Shown here in pieces: positions 53,974 through 64,000 of a stretch of DNA of 64,000 nt. Position 1 is the stretch's first letter. Each line of letters starts with the position of its first letter. Under the pieces are notes generated by a model that was given only the letters and a program-made list of their open reading frames with translations, was not told where the DNA came from and made no database searches. The DNA lies in contig OX597814.1 in NCBI GenBank assembly GCA_951406725.2, forward strand, positions 215,078,001 to 215,142,000, in the 5' to 3' direction. The DNA is from Octopus vulgaris. Taxonomy: Eukaryota. Made by a program: the position numbers and the translations under genes.

Positions 53974-55208
53974 ACTCTTTACTCTTTTACTTGTTTCAGT
54001 CATTTGACTGCGGCCATGCTGGAGCACCGCCTTTAATCGAGCAACTCGACCCCAGGACTTATTCTTTAGTAAGCCCAGTACTTATTCTATCGGTCTCTTC
54101 TGCCGAACCGCTAAGTAACGGGGACATAAACACACCAGCATCGGTTGTCAAGCAATGCTAGGGGGACAAACACAGACACACACATATATATGATTGATTG
54201 ATTCAAGTTTCAGCTCACGAGCTGCGGCCATGCTGGGGCACCGCCATTTGATGTTGCTACATGGTTTTACTTCACGAATGCTTTTTAGCAACTGCCATTT
54301 GGTGCATGAGAGAGTTCGATGCAGCTGCCCTCATCTGCACCTCCTGCCGTGAAGTTGGTTCATCTGGGATACCTGACAAGAAGAGATCCAGTTTCACTTT
54401 AAAGATATCTGCATCCACCCCATGCAGGTCCCTTAGATTCTTCGGGAGGATATTGAAGAGCTGTGGGCATCGGAAGCCCAGGCTATCACAGTATCTTGTC
54501 CTACATCTTGATGGCAAATTTGGAGTCCTAGGCACCATGCAGTGGCGCCCAGTTCTGGCATTTGTGTAACTCTCGATGCCAAAGTTTGGGACAAGTCCTT
54601 CCAGGATCTTCCAGATGTATATTATGGCATATCTTTCTCACCTACACTCCAAGGAATAGAGTTTTAATCTCTTGAGTCTTTCCCAGTAGCTTACATTCTG
54701 CATAGAGGCTATCTTCTTCGTGTAGCTCCGTTGGGTCACCTCAAGTTCTGTGATCAACTTGACACTGGATGGTGACCATAGCTGAGAGCAATAGTCAAAG
54801 TGGCTTAGGACAAGTGTCCTCCAGAGGACCATCATGGTTTCTTTTTCTCTTGTTCTAAAGGTTCTGAGAATCCATCCGGCCAGTCGTCTACATTTCATTG
54901 CTAATTTAGCAACATGTACATGAAAGGTTGCGTCATCACTCATGTAAATACCCAGGTCACGCACTGATTGTGCCTCTGGGATTGCAATTCCTCTGGGTCC
55001 AGTGTATTCATTGGGTATTGCATTTAGATATATATACATATATACGATGGGCTTCTTTCAGTTTCCGTCTACCAAATCCACTCACAAGGCTTTGGTTGGC
55101 CCGAGGCTATAGTAGAAGACACTTGCCCAAGGTGCCACACAGTGGGATTGAACCCGGAACCATGTGGCTGGTAAGCAAGCTACTTACCACACAGCCACTC
55201 CTGCGCCT
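53974..55208 (-). mobile_element. SINE family A split by a CR1-group LINE
   Basis: Tail at 53974-54190, head at 55029-55208. Confidence 0.8.
54191..55022 (-). mobile_element. CR1-group LINE 3' fragment inserted inside a SINE-A copy
   Basis: VRDLGIYMS...DYCSQLWSP...YWERLKRLKLYSLE-R*ERYAIIYIWKILEGLVPN...LFNILPKNLR in one frame with a single TGA (probable CGA decay). (CAAT)n tail. Confidence 0.88.
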
Positions 55209-55892
55209 ATTGGGTAATATTTCAGCGCAAAAGATATTTCTGTCTTTATTCTTATACAACTTGAAAGCACAGCAAAATAGAAGGGAAATTAAGTTATACA
55301 ACAGACGGCCAATTTAATCAAAGGGGCACAATTCTGGCATCTGAATGAAGAATTCATTCGAGTTTTTCTTTTATTTTTATATTTTGGGGTATCTGATTAA
55401 GAAAAAAAAGTAACTTTAATTAAACAAATCAAAATCTATTGGATGTTGTTTACATAGAAACTGGAAAATTTTACAATGTTTTAGCTTTTCTTGAATGTTT
55501 ACACACACACACCCGTTTACGTTTAATCCAAGTGTGCCCATCACCAAGAAGGAATAAAATCTAGCACACCAGACAAAACACTAAGCAGCATTTCGTCCGT
55601 CTTTATGTTCTGAGTTCAAATTCTGTCAAAGTCGACTTTGGCTTTCATCCTTTCAGGGTCGATAAAGTAAGTACCAGTTGAGTACTGAGATCGATGTAAT
55701 AGACTAGCTTCGGTACTTTTTTGGTTAGCTCACCTCCATTAAAAAAAAAACTGGGTTAGCTCCCCACTAAAAAATTGAGTTTATGTGACAAGAGACTGAA
55801 TTAAAAGAGATCTTTTTGATTCAATACTTCAACACATTGTTGACGTTTGGCCTCCTCAATAGGCATGGTATGGTTTCTTATATATATATATA

Positions 55893-56189
55893 CTAGCAGT
55901 ATCACCCGGCGTTGCTCGGATTTGTAAGGGAAATAACTATAAGCATTTTTAGAGAGTTACTTCCCTTATATAATAGCAAAATATGCATTAAAAATGGGAA
56001 AAAAATTATGGTAAATTTTTTTTTAAATCATAGACTCATCGTAGACGCGCGCTAATACCCAGAAGGACTCGATATGAATGACAACTATAAGATACCCGGT
56101 TTTGGTTAAACTGCACCGCAAAATGTGGGAGTAGTTAGGAATCTAAATCGTAGGAGACAGACACACAACTTCACTTTTATATATAAAGA
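55893..56189 (-). mobile_element. non-autonomous Helitron
   Basis: Third, shorter copy with the same termini. Confidence 0.85.
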
Positions 56190-56673
56190 TATATTTCTTT
56201 ATTGCCCACAAGGGGCTAAACATAGAGGGGACAAACAAGGACAGACAAAGGTATTAAGTCGATAAGATCGACCCCAATGCATAATTGGTACTTTATTTAT
56301 CGACCCTGAAAGGATGAAAGGCAAAGTCGACCTCTTATTAATCTTTTCAGTTTTGTAGGATTTGTTATAAAAAATATTATCAGATTCAATAAGAGATGTT
56401 TCCTCTTTTCACTTTTGTTCTTTTAACTTGGTTTATCACCCATATACAAGAACCATCAACTTTTTTTCAAGTAAGCTTTATCGATATCTTATCTTATTAA
56501 TTTTTCTTGAGATTAATTTACATTTAGGACATTTTAAGAACTAATATAAATACTATCTTCATAGAATACAACAAATGCCACAATTTTTAAGATGTGTTGT
56601 AGAGTTAAATCTTAATAAGTATTCTCTTTTCGAGAAAGCTTCAGTCGGGAAGAGTCCATTTGCAAACACACAC

Positions 56674-56732
<59 letters not shown>

Positions 56733-56740
56733 TATATATA

Positions 56741-57068
56741 GGCGCAGGAGTGGCTGTGTGGTAAGTAGCTTGCTAACCAACCATATGGTTTCGGGTTCAG
56801 TCCCACTGCGTGGCACCTTGGGCAAGTGTCTTCTGCTATAGCCTCAGGCCGACCAAAGCCTTGTGAGTGGATTTGGTAGATGGAAACTGAAAGAAGCCTG
56901 TTGTATATGTATATATATATATATGTATGTGTGTATGTTTGTGTGTCTGTGTTTGTCCCTCCAACATCGCTTGACAAGCGATGCTGGTGTGCTTGTGTCC
57001 CTGTAACTTAGCGGTTCGGCAAAAGAGACCGATAGAGTAAGTACTAGGCTTACAAAGAATAAGTCCTG
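56741..57068 (+). mobile_element. SINE family A (3'-truncated)
   Basis: Collinear with family A. Confidence 0.8.
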
Positions 57069-57139
57069 GAAAAAGATGAAACATTGTATTGAATCTGATA
57101 ATATTTTTATAACAAATCATATGAAAAACAAAAATTAGA

Positions 57140-57632
57140 TATCTTATTGAATGCCTATTGAGGAGGCCAAATGTCAACAATATGTTGAAGTATTGAATCA
57201 AAAGGATCTAACCCTTTTAATCCAATCTCTTGTCGTCACATAAACATGAGTGTATGAGTCCAGTAGACCTCTGTGAGTGCCATTTTGTCTTTTATGATTT
57301 TTCTTTAGCACTCTTCCAAAGTCTTTCAATATTTTGGGTGTGAGCTCCATTAGTAGAATTGACAAAGGGTAGAGAATGATTCTCTGTGAAATGTTGAAAA
57401 TGACCAATATTAATCATATTTTTACATGCTGGCAATTCGTCACGTATGATGGTAGTAACTGGTCTTATATTATCTTCTGTTATTGGAGGAAGTGTTGTCG
57501 CAGACTTGTCAGGGACAATAAACATGAAACACTTTCGTTTCTCAATAAATACCTCCAAAAACCCATTGTTGAGATTGTTGACGTCTAACGCAATTTATCG
57601 TTTTAGTGAACATACTTTCAATAAATTTCAAC
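57140..57632 (-). mobile_element. Merlin / IS1595-ISXO2-like DDE transposase remnant (copy 1)
   Basis: QQWVFGGI...CFMFIVPDKSATTL...IRPVTTIIRDE...H.TENHS..FVN..NGAHTQNIERLWKSAK, with frameshifts. Confidence 0.8.
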
Positions 57633-57929
57633 CGTCCGAACGTGGCCGTTGCCAGCACCGCCCCAACTGGCCTCCGTACCGGTGGCACGTAAAAATCACC
57701 ATCCGATCATGGCCGTTTGCCAGCCTCGTCTGGCACCTGTGCAGGTGGCACATAAAAAGCACCCACTACACTCTCGGAGTGGTTGGCGTTAGGAAGGGCA
57801 TCCAGCCGTAGAAACATTGCCAGATCAGACTGGGCCTGGTGCAGCCTTCTGGCTTCCCAGACCCCAGTTGAACCATCCAACCCATGCTAGCATGGAAAAC
57901 GGACGTTAAACGATGATGATGATGATGTT

Positions 57930-58972
57930 GGGTCCTCCGATCACTCTTGGGTTAGCCAAAATGTGTGCAGCACAAACCTATCTCAAATAGTTTACCAAGT
58001 CAACAATGCAGTTGTCTTTCATTTCAAGCTCACATTCACAGAATTTGATACTTGCCATGTTGTGCTGGGCACACAACAGGACAAGTATCAAATTCTGTGA
58101 ACGTGAACTTCAAATGAAAGCCAATTGCATTGTTGGCTGGAATAACTATTGCAACTACCTCAACAATGGGTTTTTGGAGATATTTATAGAGATATTTATA
58201 GGCGCAGGAGTGGCTGTGTGGTAAGTAGTTGCTAACCAACCACATGGTTCCGGGTTCCGTCCCACTGTGGCATCTTGGGCAAGTGTCTTCTGCTATAGCC
58301 CCGGGCCGACCAATGCCTTGTGAGTGGATTTGGTAGATGGAAACTGAAAGAAGCCTGTCGTATATATGTATATATATATATATATGTGTGTATGTGTTTG
58401 TGTGTCTGTGTTTGTCCCCCTAGCATTGCTTGACAACCGATGCTGGTATGTTTACGTCTCCGTTACTTAGCGGTTCGGCAAAAGAGACCGATAGAATAAG
58501 TACTGGGCTTACAAAGAATAAGTCCCGGGGTCGATTTGCTCGACTAAAGTCGGTGCTCCAACATGGCCGCAGTCAAATGACTGAAACGAGTAAAAGAGTA
58601 AACGAAAGTGTTTCATGTTTATTGTCCCTGACAAGTCTGCGACAACACTTCTTCCAATAACAGAAGATAATATAAGACCAGTTACTACTATCATAAGCGA
58701 TGAATTGCCAGCATATAAAAATATAACTAATATTGGTCATTTTCAGCATTTCACTGTGAATCATTCTCTACACCGAAAATATTGAAAGTCTTTGGAAGAG
58801 TGCTAAAGAAAAAAATAGAAGACAAAATGGCACTCACAGAGGTCTGTTTTCTTATGTGGCAACAAGAGATTAGATTACAAGGGTTAGATCCTTTTGATTC
58901 AATACTTCAACACATTGACCCAACATTGACTATTGTTGACGTTTGGCCTCCTCAATAGGCATTCAATAAGAT
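57930..58972 (+). mobile_element. Merlin transposase remnant (copy 2), split by a SINE-A at 58201-58600
   Basis: CIVGWNNYC...PQQWVFG lies before the SINE and VPDKSATTLLP...TTIISDE...TVNHS after it. Near-identical reverse complement of copy 1. A third 3' fragment lies at about 55781-55866. Confidence 0.78.
58201..58600 (+). mobile_element. SINE family A inside the Merlin remnant
   Basis: Full-length copy. Confidence 0.82.
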
Positions 58973-59587
58973 GTTTAAATATATCAGTGTGTGTGTGTGA
59001 TACTCTTTTAGTGGTTTGTCATTTTGACTGTTTTCGCCTGAGGAGAATGATAGGATTTCGCTGTGTCACCTTTATTAAATCTCTTTTTATTGAAGCATTT
59101 ACAGACATATGTCATGCGTTAAAGTCATTGCAAAATGGCAAAATAAATTGGAATTATTCAGGGTGTTAGTCGAATAAATTGAGACCAGGACTTATTCTTT
59201 GTAAGCATAGTATTTGTTCTATTGGTTTCTTTTGCTGAACCGCGAAGTTATGGGGATGTAAACATACCAGCATCGATTGTCAAGCGATGGCGGGGAGGGG
59301 GGGAAAACACAGACACACACATCCTATTATAAATTTGAGTGGTGTCCCTCTCTCCATTACATCTATGTTCGTTAACTCCTCCTTGACTGTCGGTGCAAGG
59401 ACAATGAAACTCAAACCAGCAACTCCCCTAATCTCAGGGAATGTCCTAAGGGGGTCTATGTTTTTAAAGGCTGCTTAATTGGGGCCCTACTGACCCCAGA
59501 CCCCACCCCTATTTTACTGCATTTTAAACTAAATACGTGACATTGGCAACCAACTTGGAACAATGACAATGAATTTTCATACCATGA

Positions 59588-59994
59588 ACTCTTTTACTCT
59601 TACTTGTTTCAGTCATTTGACTGCGGCCATGCTGGAGCACCGCCTTTAATCGAGCAAATCGGCCCCGGGACTTATTCTTTTTGTAAGCCCAGTACTTATT
59701 CTATCGGCCTCTTTTGCCGAACCGCTAAGTAACGGGGACATAAACACACCAGCATCGGTTGTCAAGCAATGCTAGGGGGACAAACACAGACACACAAACA
59801 TATACATATATATATATATATATATATACATACATATACGACAGGCTTCTTTCAGTTTCCGTCTACCAAATCCACTCACAAGGCATTGGTAGGCCCGAGG
59901 CTATAGTAGAAGACACTTGCCCAAGATGCCACGCAGTGGGACTGAACCCGGCACCATGTGGTTGGTTAGCAAGCTACTTACCACACAGCCACTC
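59588..59994 (-). mobile_element. SINE family A
   Basis: Near full-length copy. Confidence 0.8.
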
Positions 59995-60407
59995 AATATT
60001 GTAAGGATCTTCAATTTCTGAAGAGCTGACCCCACTGACCCCCCCCCCCCCCCTATTTTTATTGCATTTACCTCGCTCCTTCTATGATCAGCATCAGTGC
60101 TTAGCACATTTGCAGAAATAAGTTTGGGCATTCTAAATACCTTCACATACATTCAAATTGATATAAAGTCTTATGACAGGTATGTTTCAAGTGTGGTAGT
60201 GTCATCATCATCATCATCATTGTCGTCGTTTAGCGTCCGCCTTCCATGCTAGCATGGGTTGGACCATGTAGATATTTATATTCTGTAGTTTATGAAACTT
60301 ATGTCTAGTATATATATATATATAATAATAATAATAATATTAGGGAGTAAATCCAAACTTACAGGGAAAAATTAGATTTAGGATTAAATCTAATTTTACA
60401 GTATAAA

Positions 60408-60610
60408 TATATATATTAAATTAGAGATAAAACCACTATTAGGCAAAAAAAAAAATCTTAAATTTTAACTTTAAATTTAAATAATTTAAATTTTGAATTT
60501 TATATATTTTTTGTATATTATATTAATTATTTTTATTTCTATGTTTTGGTTTATGTTTTTCACTGTTTGATTTGCCTAATAGTGGTTTTATCTCTAATTT
60601 AATATATATA
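60408..60610. repeat. perfect 40-bp inverted repeat with AT-rich spacer
   Basis: 60408-60447 is the exact reverse complement of 60571-60610. Confidence 0.85.
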
Positions 60611-60799
60611 TCATCATCATCATCGTTTAACGTCCGTTCTCCATGCTAGCATGGGTTGGACGGTTCGACCGGGGATCTGGGAAGCCAGAAGGCTGCACCA
60701 GGCTCCAGTCTTATCTGGCAATGTTTCTACAGCTGGATGCCCTTCCTAACGCCAACCACTCCGTGAGTGTAGTGGGTGCTTTTTATGTGTCACCTGCAC

Positions 60800-60843
<44 letters not shown>

Positions 60844-61227
60844 GATGGGCTTCTTTCAGTTTCCATCTACCAAATCCACTCACAAGGCTTTGGTTAATCT
60901 GAGGCTATAGAAGAAGACACTTGCCCAAGGTGCCACACAGTGGGACTGAACCCGGAACCATGTGGTTGGGAAGCAAGCTACTTACTACACACAAATATTG
61001 CAAACTAGCAGAATCGTTAGCACACTGGGCAAAATGCTTAGAAACATGTCGTCCATCTTTATGTGCTGTGTTCAAATTCCAATAAAGTCAACTTTGCATT
61101 TCATTCTTTCAGGGCAGACAAAAAATAAGTACCAGTTGAATACTGGGGTTGATGTAATTGACTTACCCTGCCACCACCCTAAAATTGCTGGCCTTGTACC
61201 AAAATTTGAAACCAATACACACACACA

Positions 61228-61417
61228 CAGGGTGTCCATAAATTATCTTTACAATTTGAAAAGTTCAGAGAAAGTGAAAAAATAAGGAGGATAACTCAGC
61301 AGAGTTTATTGGCAACCAAACAATTTTGTTTGAGACATCAGAACACTTCCAAGTGAGCTCTAGAGAATACAGTAAAATAAACTGTGGAAGTTGTGAAGAT
61401 AATTTATGAACACCTTG
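61228..61417. mobile_element. Tc1/mariner-type MITE
   Basis: TIRs CAGGGTGTCCATAAATTATCTT / AAGATAATTTATGAACACCTTG followed by TA. Confidence 0.65.
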
Positions 61418-63366
61418 TATAGATAGATATTCCATAGGTTTCATTTTAACATCAACTTTTCCATGCTTGCATGGGTCAGATGGAAGTTGTTGGAGACAGA
61501 TTTTCCATGGCCAGCTGTCTTCCTGTTGCTAGCCCCCATCTGTTTCCAAACAGAAATTAATATTTCTCCACAGCCAGAAATGTTTTTGTGGAAGACTGGG
61601 AACAAACAACACTGGTTGTAAGACAGTGACACTCAGAACTATTGCTTGATGTCAGACACAAACACACTCACACATCCTTTGCTTATTTCAGTCATTTGAC
61701 TGTGGCCATGAAGAGGTATCACCTTGTAGGGTTTTAGTGGAACAAATCGACCCCATATTTAGGTTTTGTTTTTTAATGCTTGTTTCTTATTCTATTGGTC
61801 TCTTTTGCCAAACTGCTGAATTACGGGGACGTAAACAAACCAACACTGTTCGTCAAGCACTAGTGGGGACCAGGAACAAACAAAATCTTGCACACACATA
61901 TATAAATATAATATTTCTTTATTGCCCACAAGGGGCTAAACATAGAGGGGACAAACAAGGACAGACAAAGGGATTAAGTCGATTACATCGACCCCAGTGT
62001 GAAACTGGTACTTTATTTATTGACCTCGAAAGGGTGAAAGGCAAAGTCGACCTCGGCGGAATTTAAACTCAGAACGTAACGACAGACTATACAATGGGCT
62101 CCTCTTCAGCTACCAAATACATTCACAAGGCTTTGGTTTTCCAAGGGCTAGATACTTGCTCAAGGTTTTCATGCGATTGGGAAGAAAACTGTATGTGTGT
62201 TTGCGTGAATACATACACGTAAATATTGCAATTTACAATATTGATTACTTGAGAAATGTTTCAGTTTATTTTTGACTTCACTCCAAAGTTTATCAGTCAA
62301 CTGATTTGCAAATTCATTCTGTCGTCAAGAAACCCGTTGTTTAAACTGTTACATATGGTGACTTATGTAGTAGAATGATAATAATATTGATTGTAAAGGA
62401 GTCAATAAAATAAATCCCAGACATGTACAAAGGAGGACTGAATCTACCCTAGTTTTCTTCAACTATGCCACAGCGTAAGAAACAAAAAAATATTGATTTG
62501 TAACACTGAGACACCTGGTTTCACGTAATTGCATGAGTTACAAGAAATAGCAGCTGAATTACCTAACAGTTTAAAAGAAACTAAGACGGGACTGGAATGC
62601 TTGGAAAATAGGTCTGCCTAGTCAGAAATGGACAAAGTCTAAACTGCAACGCTTGGTATTTTTTCTATCCAATTTGGGAGCCTCTATGCAGTCAACAGAC
62701 CTGTTAAAAATAACTGTCAAATTTCCTACATACCCGATACATAAACTTGATAGACGAAAGATTTGATAAGACCGCGTATGTGTGTGCGTGAGTGTTTACT
62801 GATAATAATCCTTTCTACTGCAGGCACAAGGCCTGAAATGTTGGGGGCAGGGGCTAGCCGATTACATCGATCCCAGTGTGGGTAATAAAGAAAAAGATTA
62901 CATCGATCCCAGTACTCGGCCGGTACTTATTTAATCGACACCAAAAGGATGAAAGGCAAAAGTTAAACTTGAAACGTAAAACCTGAAGAAATGCTGCTAG
63001 GCATTTAGTCCGGCATGCTAACCACTCGACCAGCTCACCGCCCATTACTTAGCGATAATAAAGTATTTGAACTAAGAGCACTTCTAGCGATGAGCTTTAT
63101 TTTTTAAAATTTCTATTTAATAACGACTGACAGTTCAAAACAAAAGTATTCAACAACGAAAGTGATACGTTATATGCTTTCGTTTACTTAAAACGACAGC
63201 ATAAATCTTAGGCAATAATTCTCTGTGTAAAAGAGACTGCGAGTAACTACTCAAGGTGTGCCCAAAAGATAAGGAAATGAAGTTATATTACGTTAACTAT
63301 ATGCCCTTATTTGTCGCTGATATTACGAAAAAGGCTATTTCTCAAGTACTTATATGACTCATTTAC

Positions 63367-63400
63367 CTTATCCTGATAGTCAATTGATGTAAATATTCCA
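63367..63400 (-). other. candidate non-coding 5'UTR exon of NUDT1
   Basis: On minus, tgtatttaattttAG | 34 nt | AAG-GTaaat gives good acceptor and donor sites. NUDT1 coding exon 1 begins with an acceptor, so an upstream exon must exist. No transcript evidence. Confidence 0.3.
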
Positions 63401-63639
63401 CTAAAATTAAATACAGCTCTTTGGAACCAATCAGTAACAAAGATAAACGCAATTCACAAATATTTGCGAAACATTATTGCAAATTCCTGGGTTGTTCTTT
63501 TAGATACTATTATCTTTAGACACTATTATCAATAGTTACAATTTCTAAAACTATTGTGCTTAATTAATTCGCAATTACAATTAAACTTAGCAGCAATAAA
63601 GATTCTAAAACCATATTCACCAAATCTCGTTAATGTAAA

Positions 63640-63810
63640 CAAAGCACTCCCTCCAATGCAGACCGGTTCAAACGTTTGGCGCCACAAATACCTTAACAAC
63701 TTTCTCAACACTAAAGAGTTTCGTGGGACAGGAAGTCGATCCGGCTCCAATGTCCTTTACTTCTAATTGTTTTACTTCTAATTGCTTCGTGTTCAGGTAT
63801 TTATGGAAAA
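63640..63810. promoter_or_regulatory. possible (bidirectional) promoter / first-exon region
   Basis: Repeat-free and relatively CpG-containing. E2F-like TTTGGCGCC at 63675-63683 and ETS-like GGAAGT near 63731. Donor-like sites point both ways (minus AAG|GTATTT near 63691, plus CAG|GTATTT near 63797). Confidence 0.3.
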
Positions 63811-64000
63811 GAAATCGGTGGCGGAATTTTTGTTAGGAAGTATTAATGCTCCCAGTTAAGAGCGAGATGATGACCTACATTTTAAAGTCAGTCTATTGGC
63901 TTGTATACTTAAATTAATGTATTTGTTTTGAAATAAAATAATGCTACGTAGCAGAATCTGATTAGATTCCAATTATTTTATTGGGATGTAAGAGTTATCT

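Noticed and set aside
57140-58972. bacterial IS1595 contamination or horizontal transfer
   Set aside because: The sequence is degenerate and interrupted by host SINEs; eukaryotic Merlin elements explain it.
63529-63766. overlapping 70-73 aa ORFs
   Set aside because: Non-ATG starts and no recognisable domain; more likely promoter/UTR sequence.

Overview
This is AT-rich, microsatellite-dense eukaryotic DNA. The repeat families look like those of an Octopus (coleoid cephalopod) genome, which is an inference from recalled repeat sequences. Two spliced genes converge tail-to-tail. On + are the last five coding exons of a FOXRED2 orthologue (984-44148; its 5' exons lie upstream of the window). On - is a complete three-coding-exon NUDT1/MTH1 8-oxo-dGTPase (52013-45280, 174 aa). 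Almost everything else is intronic or intergenic transposon debris: three tRNA-headed SINE groups (A, B, C), a headless (GAT)n-tailed retroposon (D), Tx1/L1, CR1, RTE, Dong/R4-like and HERO-like LINE fragments, non-autonomous Helitrons, piggyBac-, mariner- and Merlin-type MITEs, Merlin transposase remnants, and Penelope-like terminal repeats with degenerate hammerhead-ribozyme cores. The most interesting signals are SINE-LINE partnerships readable directly in the window, a (TATC)n-inserted Tx1 element, a twin-primed RTE, hammerhead-like motifs with long stem II, and two unusual tandem arrays. Nearly all ORF-track entries are microsatellite or repeat artefacts. Repeat boundaries are approximate and read by eye.
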